A DNA stretch of 64,000 bases from an uncultured virus (IMG/VR IMGVR_UViG_3300044617_000992) (lineage: Duplodnaviria; Heunggongvirae; Uroviricota; Caudoviricetes): IMG/VR virus record IMGVR_UViG_3300044617_000992. One strand, 5' to 3'. Positions 44,110-54,369 of the stretch are shown here, in pieces. Both the position numbers and the translations under genes were made by a program. Under the pieces are notes generated by a model, which was not told the DNA's origin, did no database searches, and saw only the letters and a list, made by a program, of their open reading frames with translations. Each line of letters begins with the position of its first letter. Within the stretch, counting starts at the first letter, position 1.

Positions 44110-45411
44110 TTATGGTTCCCCGTATGAATCTCTTACTAATTTAAGTCCAGTATAACCCTGATTGTCACTGAATTCGTGTGCGAGTTCTGCAATTAAATAC
44201 AACCCAGATTTCTTACTGTCCTTTTGCTTTTCTTGCTTTGTAATCTCTCCTATATCTAGGAAGATTACATCACCAACTGTAAGATTTAAATTTAAGGGTA
44301 CTGTAATATTGGCAATCTGACTGAATGCTAAATTATATCTAGTTACAGAGTGTGCCTGATATCTAATTCTATCATCTATTTTTTCATTTGGATTCACTGT
44401 TCCTGGAGATTTTACGATACCATCAATAAATCTTACCATTACTCTAGAAGGACTTTCTTCCAATCCTTGTGGAATTTTTGGAGATTTTTTATCACTTGAT
44501 GCGTGGTTCATAATCTCATAACTATCGGAAAGTTTATACTTATAATAATTGAATTTTTTGGTATTCAAATCAAGGAAGTAATTTGAACTTGAATACATTC
44601 CAGCAAGTAAATTATCAAGAACATTTACATTCTTATTAAATGTTGGGACTGTAAGAACTTTAAAATTAGTAGTATTATCTGCATACTCATTTGTATTTTC
44701 ATTATAAAAATACCGAATATAATTTTTCAAATCACCTGAAGAAGGTTGAAGAGGTGACATTAAAGAATCTACACTTCTAAAGTTGTACCCATTTTTACTT
44801 TGATAGAACAGATACCCAGCAGTTCCAGCCTCTGGAGAAGATTTCCCGACAGGAGGTATTGATTTGGGGCAGAGCCAAGAGATGACATTAAATGGTTTTT
44901 TTGTATTTCCATAAAATGCATAACTATTTTGAGTTGGTTCGACAAAAATATTCCTATCTGTCTTTAATACAGATTTTAAAATTTGTTCTACAGAATCACT
45001 AATTTTTTGTTCTGAACCTTGATTTTCTGGATACCTTCTAATTACTCTAGATGTCTCATTCTTATACATATCAACTGGAGCAAGATCAACAAAGAATGCT
45101 TCCCTTGTTGATTGAGATGTTGATCCATAAACTTTGTAAATGTAGTATTGATTTTTATCTTCAGTAAATTCTATTCTTTGTCCTGTTGCTTCTTGAGAAA
45201 TTATTAATCGAACTCTTTCTCCACCACGAATTGGAAGTGATGAAATTAAACCATCAGTATTCACAACTTGCATTGAAATGAAAATTGATGGATTGAATAT
45301 ATCTTCAAAGTATTTTATTCGGGCAACACAAGAAGTGGCATCAATAGATTTTTCTCCATCTAAAGACTCAATTATAAACTCTTCTATTTTGTAATTAAAA
45401 TATGATGCCAT
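44110..45411 (-). CDS. baseplate hub protein (gp27-like)
   Basis: YFEDIFNP, LPIRGGE, FYQSKNGYNFRS, SGLYLI..L.H, LVRDS. Confidence 0.65.
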   Translation of the reverse strand: MASYFNYKIEEFIIESLDGEKSIDATSCVARIKYFEDIFNPSIFISMQVVNTDGLISSLPIRGGERVRLIISQEATGQRIEFTEDKNQYYIYKVYGSTSQSTREAFFVDLAPVDMYKNETSRVIRRYPENQGSEQKISDSVEQILKSVLKTDRNIFVEPTQNSYAFYGNTKKPFNVISWLCPKSIPPVGKSSPEAGTAGYLFYQSKNGYNFRSVDSLMSPLQPSSGDLKNYIRYFYNENTNEYADNTTNFKVLTVPTFNKNVNVLDNLLAGMYSSSNYFLDLNTKKFNYYKYKLSDSYEIMNHASSDKKSPKIPQGLEESPSRVMVRFIDGIVKSPGTVNPNEKIDDRIRYQAHSVTRYNLAFSQIANITVPLNLNLTVGDVIFLDIGEITKQEKQKDSKKSGLYLIAELAHEFSDNQGYTGLKLVRDSYGEP

Positions 45412-47466
45412 TTATCCTAGTTCAGAAAGTGCTTGGCGTTTTAATGATGCTAATGTATTTAACGAGGTATCACCACCAATTGTGATGAATTGAGTTGATA
45501 ATTGCGATTGTGGTTGGGGAGATCTCACTGGCTGAGGGACATATACCATAGCAATCGTAGAAGATTGGTCATTGTAAGATGGATACATTTCAATATTCCT
45601 ATCTTTAGGGGAGAATGATACAAGTTCTCCTTCTTTTTTCACATAATCCCAATTACGTTTATCAACTTCCAAAAATTTTCCATCATTACCTTTCGTTGTT
45701 GAATAATATTTACCATCATTTCCTTTGAATAATGTTGTTCCCCTTAAAGTATATTTACTTCCAGGTACAGGTTGAACTGAATTTGAAGGTGTAGTTGGTG
45801 GTGAAGGTTGTGAGGTCGATTTTTTCTTGTGCTCCTCTTCGGCACGTTGTCTGGTTAAAGGTGATGGTATTTTTTGAGATGCTGATATGTCAGTATTAGG
45901 ATTTATATGTCTGCCATTTTTCCAAACCTCAAAGTGTAAATGAGTATCATACATCCTTCCAGAAACTTCCTCTCTTCCTGGCAGCAATTTCCCAATTTGC
46001 TGCCCCCCATATACAGTATCTCCATTACTAACTGTAGCAATAACGTGCTTATATTTTGTATAAACACCGTTCCCGTGATCTATAGTAATAATATTATCTG
46101 GACCTTCTAATCCTGGTTCCACTGTAACAGTTCCAGTTTTCCAAGCAACAACTGGACTATTACCAGGAAGTCCACCTATATCTTGTCCGCTATGTCCTCC
46201 CTCATAATCTCTTCGCGCACCATACTCACCAAGAGGAATATTTACTGCAGCAGTAGATAAAATCCCCCCAGGAAGAGGAAAAAAGGAATCCTTATCTATT
46301 GGTCCAGTATATGGATTTGCTGATGATGGAGGTGGATTTGGTGGTCCTCCTTCAGTCATATCCAGAATTTCCTCTGGTGGTTTAAAATTCTTAGAAAACT
46401 CTTCAAATTTATTAACCACCCTTTCATAACCAATTAAAGTTTTTGAGAACGAAAGACCCACTCCACCTTCATCCTTTCTTTTAACTAGATCCTTTTGCTT
46501 TTTAGTTTGCTCTTCTAACTTTGTTTGTATTCCTTTCTTTTTCTTTGCTTCATTCTCACTCATTCCTGTAATGTCACGAGCAAAATTAACAAGGTCTAAA
46601 GTTACTGAAGCAAGTCCTAGGAAAGGAGTTGCAACTAATCCAATTCCAGTTGCTGCAGATGCAGCCGCAGCAGCATCTAAAGCAGCAGATGCTCCAGCAA
46701 TTCTTGATCCAGTAATGTCACCTTCATTTGCTCTCATCTTGGCATCAACCGCACCAAGAACTGCACCAACACCAGGTATAATAGATTTTCCTAATCTGCC
46801 AAATGCTTTTGCTACCTTTCCTCCTCCACTAGCAGTTGCAGTAGAACTTGCTGCTTGCTGAGATTTTTTGAGAGCATCTGCTCCAAATCTATTTTTAAAT
46901 GCCTTATCACCATAACGACTTAAGTATCTTTCTTGTGCCCCTTGACTTACTCTTCTTCCAGTAACATCAAATCCTCTCCTCAATTTATTTCTACCCAAAA
47001 TTTTATCCATTCCTGCACTGACCCCAACACCTATCAAACTTGGTCCTGCTACCATTCCAGCAGCAACTAATCCAGGACCAAGTGCTCCTAACAAATCTCC
47101 CGAAGCAATTTTCTCAAGACTATTAAATGCTGCAAGTGCTCCAATTGCCTTAAATGGATCTTTAGAAGCATCAGGTGCAAAAAATGATCCAGCAAATTTC
47201 TTAATTGTTGGAAGTTTTATTTTCTTTTTAGATGCCCTTCTTGCCCTTTCTTCTTCTGCTCTTTCAATTGAATCTAATTGTCTTTTATATCTTTTTAATA
47301 CTGGTAATTGAGTTCTCTTTTGATAACTATTTCTTTCAAATAATCTTCTTAATCTTCTGGAAGTCGTGTTTAAATCATCAACAGACTTCTGAAGATTTTC
47401 TATGTTAGAAACTCTTGTAACAATCTTTGGTTGTTTAGGTTTTGCCTTTACTACAGTTTCTTCCAT
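45412..47466 (-). CDS. tail hub/tape-measure-like protein with M23 peptidase
   Basis: HSGQD and HLHFEV M23 motifs. Confidence 0.8.
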   Translation of the reverse strand: MEETVVKAKPKQPKIVTRVSNIENLQKSVDDLNTTSRRLRRLFERNSYQKRTQLPVLKRYKRQLDSIERAEEERARRASKKKIKLPTIKKFAGSFFAPDASKDPFKAIGALAAFNSLEKIASGDLLGALGPGLVAAGMVAGPSLIGVGVSAGMDKILGRNKLRRGFDVTGRRVSQGAQERYLSRYGDKAFKNRFGADALKKSQQAASSTATASGGGKVAKAFGRLGKSIIPGVGAVLGAVDAKMRANEGDITGSRIAGASAALDAAAAASAATGIGLVATPFLGLASVTLDLVNFARDITGMSENEAKKKKGIQTKLEEQTKKQKDLVKRKDEGGVGLSFSKTLIGYERVVNKFEEFSKNFKPPEEILDMTEGGPPNPPPSSANPYTGPIDKDSFFPLPGGILSTAAVNIPLGEYGARRDYEGGHSGQDIGGLPGNSPVVAWKTGTVTVEPGLEGPDNIITIDHGNGVYTKYKHVIATVSNGDTVYGGQQIGKLLPGREEVSGRMYDTHLHFEVWKNGRHINPNTDISASQKIPSPLTRQRAEEEHKKKSTSQPSPPTTPSNSVQPVPGSKYTLRGTTLFKGNDGKYYSTTKGNDGKFLEVDKRNWDYVKKEGELVSFSPKDRNIEMYPSYNDQSSTIAMVYVPQPVRSPQPQSQLSTQFITIGGDTSLNTLASLKRQALSELG

Positions 47467-47467
47467 A

Positions 47468-49579
47468 TTATGCTAGTTGGCAATAAGTTTTTGCGGAATC
47501 ACTATATACACAATCATAACCAGTGGAAACTGGATTAATAGGATTTCCTCCGTTGTCACCCATAGACATTGGAGTTTTTTCCGAATTTTGCGGGGGCAAT
47601 CCTAATGCTATTAAATTTGGAGTTGATTGTGGAACTTTTGCAACTGATTCACTTAATCTTTTTATATTTGATTGAGGTCCATTTGGATCAACGGGATTAG
47701 GTGCTGGTGCTACTGGTGATTGTTGTGCTGGTGTTGATGGAGGAGAATTTTTCGGTTCTACAACTTCAATAGTAGCATTTTTTAGAACTCCAGTTCCAAT
47801 ACCACCAAGAGCTCTCATAGCACCTTCACTCAAATCTAAAGATCTGTCCCCGACAAAAGGTCCTCTATCGGTAACTCTAACAACAACAGATTTATTATTA
47901 TCTTTGTTTGTTACCTTTAATAATGTTCCGAATGGCAAAGTTTTATGTGCTGCTGTCAGCTCATTGGGGTCAAAAGTAGTTCCACTTGCCGTTTTATTTC
48001 CTTCAAATCCTGGACCATAATAACTAATTCCTCCAGCAACATCTACGGTTTGTCCTGTGATATTTACATCTTGAGGGACATCAGTTGACAATTGATCTAC
48101 AGATGGTGGAGTTCCTGAAGGTGTCGGTGGAGTGGGACTGCCACCAGAACCTCTAGTTCTGCTACGTGGAACCTCTTTTTGTTTCTTCAATAAAAAGTCA
48201 AGTGCGTTTTCAAATTTTTGATTCAATGATTCAAATCTCTTCAAAGCACTATCTGGTATGGCACCTAATGCTTGAGGTTGGGTTGATTCTTTCTGTTGAG
48301 TTTCGAGTTCATCTAATCTTGTTTGAATGGCAGAATCTGGTGCAGAAGTATCTTGTTCCCCTCCATTCTTTCCCAGCATTCCACTTCCAAGTGCCAATGC
48401 TCCAGCACCTAATGCTGCGATTGCTCCAAACTTACCTAACCTAGGCATTCCTGCAGCAGCAGTCCCAACTCCTCTTGCTGCAGTTACTCCACCTCTTGCG
48501 GCAGAACCTCCTCTAGCAGCACCAAGTAGTCCTCCCAGGACTTTCTTCCCTATCATTCCTGCTATCAATCCGCCAATAGCAGGAAGATAAGTAGCACCAA
48601 TTCCTAATAATGGACCAAGAGCATCCAACGGTCTCCCGTTCATAAATGCTTCTAGCATATTGAAGAGTGCTAGAGCACGAATTGCTCCACCAGCACCACT
48701 AAAGAAGTTTCCAACATACTTCTTAACTAAACCAGAAACATCTACTTTGCTGCTTCCGAGTTCAGTCTTCCCAATCTTTCTTCCACGATTGGCAACTCTC
48801 TTTCTATATTCATCAACTTCTTTTTTATTTTCTACCTTTGTATTTGCAATATCTTCTGCAATCTTGGCAAGAGTAGCATTCAGATTATCATTAGTCTGCT
48901 CAATTGATAATGCTAATCTTCCAAGAGCAGATACAATTCTCTTTGAACCACCAATTCCTTCTTCAGTTTCTTGTGCTTCTAACTGTGGTTTTGAAATTTT
49001 ATCTACGATTTCTTGAGGAGCTGCTCTCTTTGGAATAATTCCAGGCAACTTCGTGACTTTTAATTTTGCCTTTGTTCCTGGTCTAAAACTAGTAGCACCA
49101 GAAACAAATGATTTTGCCTTTTGCTTCTTCTCTTCAGATTGCTCTAATGTTTTCTTCTCTTTATCCTGCTGCTGTTGAAGTAATTTAAGTCTTACATCTT
49201 CTTCATCATTAATTCTCTTAATAGTAATTTCAGCAAGATCATAGAAACGAATAAGGTAATCGCAAGCCTCAACGAGGTTTCTGTTTAATTCTGGTTCTTT
49301 ATGAAATATACCCTTACCTTCTGCTTCTTTATAGTTAGAAAGTGAATATCCGAAAAATCTTAAATGTTGTATTGCAGTATCATAATCTTTATTTGTTGCA
49401 TATAAATATCCAACCTGCATCAAGAATTCAGTATCTCTATCCAAAAACCTATCTAAATTCTCATAAGTCGTTCCCCTATTCTTTGGAGGTGGGGACAAAT
49501 GGAATCCAGGAGGAACTAATTTATAGAGTTCCTCCTGGATTCTTTGTTTCTTAATTTTGATTAGATCTTGCGTATCCAT
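47468..49579 (-). CDS. tail hub/tape-measure-like protein with RlpA-like DPBB domain
   Basis: SYYG...TASG...TAAHKTLPFGT...VRVTDRGPF...DLS. Confidence 0.8.
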   Translation of the reverse strand: MDTQDLIKIKKQRIQEELYKLVPPGFHLSPPPKNRGTTYENLDRFLDRDTEFLMQVGYLYATNKDYDTAIQHLRFFGYSLSNYKEAEGKGIFHKEPELNRNLVEACDYLIRFYDLAEITIKRINDEEDVRLKLLQQQQDKEKKTLEQSEEKKQKAKSFVSGATSFRPGTKAKLKVTKLPGIIPKRAAPQEIVDKISKPQLEAQETEEGIGGSKRIVSALGRLALSIEQTNDNLNATLAKIAEDIANTKVENKKEVDEYRKRVANRGRKIGKTELGSSKVDVSGLVKKYVGNFFSGAGGAIRALALFNMLEAFMNGRPLDALGPLLGIGATYLPAIGGLIAGMIGKKVLGGLLGAARGGSAARGGVTAARGVGTAAAGMPRLGKFGAIAALGAGALALGSGMLGKNGGEQDTSAPDSAIQTRLDELETQQKESTQPQALGAIPDSALKRFESLNQKFENALDFLLKKQKEVPRSRTRGSGGSPTPPTPSGTPPSVDQLSTDVPQDVNITGQTVDVAGGISYYGPGFEGNKTASGTTFDPNELTAAHKTLPFGTLLKVTNKDNNKSVVVRVTDRGPFVGDRSLDLSEGAMRALGGIGTGVLKNATIEVVEPKNSPPSTPAQQSPVAPAPNPVDPNGPQSNIKRLSESVAKVPQSTPNLIALGLPPQNSEKTPMSMGDNGGNPINPVSTGYDCVYSDSAKTYCQLA

Positions 49580-49762
49580 TTAGAGACTCTGCTTTTTTGA
49601 TGCCTTTTCTTCTTCTTCCTGAATATGTTGCTCCAATAGAGTTAAATAGATTTCCCTTTCCCAAGGTATCATATTTTCAATCTCTGTTAATGAATATTTA
49701 TGATACTGCATCAGGGCAAAATTAATTCTAAAATAAGATTCCAAGTCTTCGTGACTCATCAT
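49580..49762 (-). CDS. gp51: baseplate hub assembly catalyst
   Basis: FALMQYHKYSLTEIENMIPWEREIY. Confidence 0.85.
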   Translation of the reverse strand: MMSHEDLESYFRINFALMQYHKYSLTEIENMIPWEREIYLTLLEQHIQEEEEKASKKQSL

Positions 49763-50493
49763 TATCCGAAAAAACTTGATAACCCTTCTAAAACTATTTC
49801 ATTTTCAACTTTTGTTTTTGGATTAACGACAGTTAATGTATGAGATAATTTAGGCATTGTGTCGAAGAACTGCTCAATTCCTTTGAATTGATTTGAATCC
49901 ATAGTTTCTAACCAAGAAATCAATTCCTTCTTACTGACATCTCCTGCAGACCAAGATTCATCTTTAGTATAAACCATATCAACACAAGAAGCAACAACCT
50001 CAAATGATTTGTCAATTACTTCTTTACTATTATTTTGAGCACCAAAATCAAAGTTGTTATCAATAAATTCTTGAAGTGATGGATACTTCATCTTCACTGT
50101 AATATTATCATCAACTTTAACTTCAGAAGTATGTCCCTCTGGAATTAGAACTTTAATTTCGTCAATATTTACACTAACATCAACTTGAGTTTGATTGTCA
50201 TCGGGACAAGTAATAGTCAGTTCAACAGATTCTCCCACAGACTTTGCACGAATATTCAAGAACAAATATTCAATATCAAAACTAGGAAGAGTTTCAATTT
50301 TTACTCCACGAGTTAGGATGCAATCTTTTAAAGTAGTTTTGACTGCATTTGTAATCTCATCTTGATTTCCACTTTCCATTGCAAGAATAAGAATTTTCTC
50401 TTCTTTAACTAGGAATGGACGATACTTAATTGGTTTTTTAGTAGATGGTAAAATCAACTCATAACTAGGAGTTGCAATCTTTGGTAAAGGCAT
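49762..50493 (-). CDS. gp26: baseplate hub subunit
   Basis: YRPFLVKEEKIL, LNIRAKSVGE, LEGLSSFFG. Confidence 0.9.
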   Translation of the reverse strand: MPLPKIATPSYELILPSTKKPIKYRPFLVKEEKILILAMESGNQDEITNAVKTTLKDCILTRGVKIETLPSFDIEYLFLNIRAKSVGESVELTITCPDDNQTQVDVSVNIDEIKVLIPEGHTSEVKVDDNITVKMKYPSLQEFIDNNFDFGAQNNSKEVIDKSFEVVASCVDMVYTKDESWSAGDVSKKELISWLETMDSNQFKGIEQFFDTMPKLSHTLTVVNPKTKVENEIVLEGLSSFFG

Positions 50494-50522
50494 TTTGAAA
50501 TATACAATTCAGTTGTAAGTAT

Positions 50523-51143
50523 TTAGATTTCTTTATTGAACGATGTCTTATTCTTCTTAACTTCAAAATCATAGTAATCATAATTGAACGTTATAGTTGT
50601 TCTTAATACATCAGATTGACCATATGATACAGGAACCGAAATAATATTAGAAGGAAACGCATTTCTTAAATTATATCTTGCTTGATATGATGGTTCAGAA
50701 ACTGTTCCTGCGGTTCCTGGGGAATTCAATCTATCTTTACTTTCTCTAAATTCTCTTTCAAATTTCGTAATAATTACATTAGTTTTATAACCTCCAGATG
50801 GATAGCTAAATCTAAAATTATCAGACTTATCATTAATTTGCTTAAACCACCTCTCGAAAAAATCTAATACACCATACTCAACATCAACATAAAAACTCAC
50901 ATCTACAGGAGGATAAACTCTCTTAGTTGCATACTGTTCTGTTACTCCTTGCCTATCACCAAACACTTGTCCTAGTTCAAAAGATGAACCTGGAAGGACA
51001 GCTTCATATGCTGAAAAATTTACAACCTCATCATCAATTCCAGAAAATGACTTACTAATAAACACATCAAATGTTGAGGTAAGTGACGGTTTAAATTTCC
51101 TTACTAACTCATCAGTACTATAGAAAAGTCTTCTTGATGGCAT
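50523..51143 (-). CDS. tail tube initiator (gp54/gp19-like)
   Basis: AVLPG, LRNAFPSNI...VSY, TITFNY. Confidence 0.65.
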   Translation of the reverse strand: MPSRRLFYSTDELVRKFKPSLTSTFDVFISKSFSGIDDEVVNFSAYEAVLPGSSFELGQVFGDRQGVTEQYATKRVYPPVDVSFYVDVEYGVLDFFERWFKQINDKSDNFRFSYPSGGYKTNVIITKFEREFRESKDRLNSPGTAGTVSEPSYQARYNLRNAFPSNIISVPVSYGQSDVLRTTITFNYDYYDFEVKKNKTSFNKEI

Positions 51144-51174
51144 CTAAATAATTGGAAGTGTATATAATATATGT

Positions 51175-51609
51175 ATGTCCTATAAGGGAATATTCAAACC
51201 ATCATTCCCAGAAAAGTACATTGGTGACTATAAAAATATAATTTATAGATCATTATGGGAACTTAAATTTATGAACTACTGTGATAAAAATGAAAATATT
51301 CTAAAGTGGTCCTCTGAAGAAATACATATTCCATATATTTCTCCTATTGATAACAGAATTCATAGATACTATCCAGACTTTTTTATAAAGTATAAAGATG
51401 CTGATGGATGTATCAAAGAAAGTTTAATTGAAATCAAACCCAAAAGACAAGTTAAAGAACCAAAGGTTGGTAAAAAAATTACTCAAAAACAAATCTACGA
51501 AGTGAAAGAATACGCCAAGAACCAGGCAAAATGGAAAGCAGCAGAAGAGTTTTGTTTAGATCGAAAGTGGAAATTCCAAATACTTACGGAGGATAATCTT
51601 GGCGTATAG
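51175..51609 (+). CDS. gp4: head completion nuclease
   Basis: IIYRSLWE, WSSEE, HRYYPDF, EIKP, NQAKW. Confidence 0.9.
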   Translation: MSYKGIFKPSFPEKYIGDYKNIIYRSLWELKFMNYCDKNENILKWSSEEIHIPYISPIDNRIHRYYPDFFIKYKDADGCIKESLIEIKPKRQVKEPKVGKKITQKQIYEVKEYAKNQAKWKAAEEFCLDRKWKFQILTEDNLGV

Positions 51610-52159
51610 AACAATCTTCGAAGAAGTTAATCAAAAAGCAGGGGGACAGAATAGATCAAAGGAATGGTATCGTTCTAATATCTTTTTCGCACGATCAGTT
51701 AAGTATGAAAAAGATCCCAGTAAAATGATAACTGATGAGAGGGTTGATGATATTGATGTTATGGGAGGTCGAGATCAAAATGTCGTGAGAGGATTTCCAA
51801 AACTATTCAGTTTAATGTTATGGGAATACCGTGCCAAGTGGAGAAGGCAACTTCCATTCTACGATAAGTATCCTCTTGCTTATATTTTAGACTTTCAACC
51901 TAATTATTTCTTTGCGGTCAATCTACATTATTATTCTCCAGAAGAACGAATTGGAATTGCAAATTCACTTGCAGAAAATAAAATTCCAAAGTTTACTAAA
52001 GGAGCACATAAATACTTATTATCAGAGGTCCGTAGTCCTTTTTTAGACTTTGCAACACCAGAATGGAATACCATATGTCTATTACCTATCGAAGAATTTG
52101 TTCGGGACTTGGGTGGAGTAGAAATACCAATTCCTTCAGAAAAAGTGTGGGGTAGATAG
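51599..52159 (+). CDS. gp2: DNA end protector
   Basis: LPFYDKYPL, NLHY, HKYL; follows gp4. Confidence 0.75.
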   Translation: MAYRTIFEEVNQKAGGQNRSKEWYRSNIFFARSVKYEKDPSKMITDERVDDIDVMGGRDQNVVRGFPKLFSLMLWEYRAKWRRQLPFYDKYPLAYILDFQPNYFFAVNLHYYSPEERIGIANSLAENKIPKFTKGAHKYLLSEVRSPFLDFATPEWNTICLLPIEEFVRDLGGVEIPIPSEKVWGR

Positions 52160-52161
52160 AT

Positions 52162-53703
52162 ATGGAAACCTACGGAGAACCAGGAAAAAATGAATTTTTA
52201 TTGCCGAATATAAACGGAAAATACTCGATAGTAGTAAATCCTACAACTAAAGTATCTCAAATTTATCAAAGAAAATCTCAATTTGATTTCCAATCAATAG
52301 GAACTCTCGATTTAAAAAGTAACAAATTAACCTTTGATGAAAACGCTCCTATAACAAAGGATAATGAAATTTCAATTATAAAAAATATTGATATATTTAG
52401 AAGACAGTCTGTAGCAACAGCAACTGTTGGTGGAGCAACTAACGCAGAAGAATTATTACTAGGAAATACTGAAGTTTCTCCACCGGAAAATCCACCAGGA
52501 GCAGACCCAAATCAAGATACTGGTGGAGGTTCTGGAGCACCATCAGGAACTCCAGCAATTTTTGAAGTAACCTCGAAAGACTTTCAATCAGAAAATGAAA
52601 AATTTAAACCTGAATTTTTGAAGTATCCATTGGATATGAGTTCAGGACAAGATAGAATAGTAATAGTCCAAAGACGATATAGAACTCCAGAAGTTTTAAA
52701 TGGAAAGGGATTAGATATTAACAAAATAATTGCGGGTGAATTTTCAAAAGAAAGATTTCGTGAAAAACCTACAGAAAGTGAATTAATAGGAACTGCAGTT
52801 CTTCCAATGCCTAATGATATTTCGGAAACTAATGTAACTGCTTGGGGTGAGGATAGTCTGTCATCATTAGCAGCATTAGTTGGTGGTGCTGCTTTAGGTG
52901 CTGCGAGTGGTCTTGCCAACTTCAATTTAGATGCAGCAATACAAAGTGCAATGGGGGCAGCATCAAATGCACTTAATAAAGATACGACTGCAAATGAAAC
53001 AATAAAACAACTTCTTGCTCTGAACGCTGCAGCAGCAGTCACTCAAAAATTCGGCATCAATATAAATCCAGAGGCATTCAGATCTAGAATTACTGGAACT
53101 GCAATCAATCCTAACCTTGAATTATTATTCCAAGGACCAAAGTTAAGATCATTTGGGTTCCAATTTAAGATGACCCCAAGAAGTCAAGAGGAAGCAAGAA
53201 ACATCAGATACATTCTTAAGTTCTTCAAAAAAGGAATGGCAGCAAAAAGATCTGGTGGAAAGGCTGCATATTTCCTTGGTGCTCCAAATGTATTTGATAT
53301 TCATTTTAGAGGTTCTGAATCTACTAATGATGATTTAAAAAGTATTGGGAAAATTAAAACTTGTGCTCTTCAGCAATGTGTAGTTAATTATACTCCAGAT
53401 GGATTTTATGCAGCATTTAATGATCAACCCGCAGGAGGTTCTCAACCAATTGCAGTCACAATGCAATTGGCATTTACGGAATTAACCCCACTGTATAATG
53501 ATAATTATGATGCAAACGATGAAAACACCGTTGGGTATGATAGTCTGAATAATGTGAGTTTTGGAACCACTCAAAATACTGGTGGAGGAACACCTACACC
53601 TCCTGGACCTCCTGGTCCATCAGGACAAGGAACTTCTCCAGCACAATCCCTGATAGTACCAGTTGAACCATTCCAACCTACATCGAGACCTCCAGGAGTA
53701 TAA
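52162..53703 (+). CDS. gp48: baseplate tail tube cap
   Basis: LKYP, LPMP, NPNLELLFQGPKLRSF, VNYTPDG. Confidence 0.85.
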   Translation: METYGEPGKNEFLLPNINGKYSIVVNPTTKVSQIYQRKSQFDFQSIGTLDLKSNKLTFDENAPITKDNEISIIKNIDIFRRQSVATATVGGATNAEELLLGNTEVSPPENPPGADPNQDTGGGSGAPSGTPAIFEVTSKDFQSENEKFKPEFLKYPLDMSSGQDRIVIVQRRYRTPEVLNGKGLDINKIIAGEFSKERFREKPTESELIGTAVLPMPNDISETNVTAWGEDSLSSLAALVGGAALGAASGLANFNLDAAIQSAMGAASNALNKDTTANETIKQLLALNAAAAVTQKFGININPEAFRSRITGTAINPNLELLFQGPKLRSFGFQFKMTPRSQEEARNIRYILKFFKKGMAAKRSGGKAAYFLGAPNVFDIHFRGSESTNDDLKSIGKIKTCALQQCVVNYTPDGFYAAFNDQPAGGSQPIAVTMQLAFTELTPLYNDNYDANDENTVGYDSLNNVSFGTTQNTGGGTPTPPGPPGPSGQGTSPAQSLIVPVEPFQPTSRPPGV

Positions 53704-53706
53704 TAA

Positions 53707-54369
53707 ATGACTTATTTCAGAGAAGTATCAGACTTACTTTACCAGTCTCAATTACCAGAAAGAAACTCTGCATATGATTATGTGAGGGTTAAGAATCTAT
53801 TTCGTAGAGCAAAGATTCGTGATGACTTTTTTCAAAATATAACTGTCTTTTCAAAGTATACAATCCAAGGTGAAGAACGTCCAGAGCAAGTTGCAGAGAA
53901 GATCTATGGAAGTCCAATCTATGATTGGGTTGTATTGATTTCAAACAATGTTATCAATGTCAGAACAGAATGGCCGATGTCTGACTATGAGATGCAAAAT
54001 TACTTAACTAGAAAATATACTGAAGAAGAATTATCAGAGATCCATCATTATGAAACGATTACATACTATGATGGAAATGGAAAACTAATTCTCCCCAGTG
54101 GAAAAATGGTAGATCAAAACTTTTCTATGAATTATTATGATCCAATAGAAGAAGTAACAAAAACAATCTCTCCTATTAAATCAGTTTCAAATTATGAATA
54201 TGAAACAAAATTGAATGATGAAAAGAGAAACATTTACATATTGAGAACAAGATATTTACAAACAGCAATTGATGATATGAGACAGATTATGTCATATGGT
54301 TTCTCATCTCAATACGTAGATGACCTTACAAAAAAAGGAGATGATTTAAGAATCATCTCCCTCAGATAA
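53707..54369 (+). CDS. gp53: baseplate wedge subunit
   Basis: KNLFRR, ERPEQVAEKIYG...DWVVL, IHHYET. Confidence 0.9.
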   Translation: MTYFREVSDLLYQSQLPERNSAYDYVRVKNLFRRAKIRDDFFQNITVFSKYTIQGEERPEQVAEKIYGSPIYDWVVLISNNVINVRTEWPMSDYEMQNYLTRKYTEEELSEIHHYETITYYDGNGKLILPSGKMVDQNFSMNYYDPIEEVTKTISPIKSVSNYEYETKLNDEKRNIYILRTRYLQTAIDDMRQIMSYGFSSQYVDDLTKKGDDLRIISLR

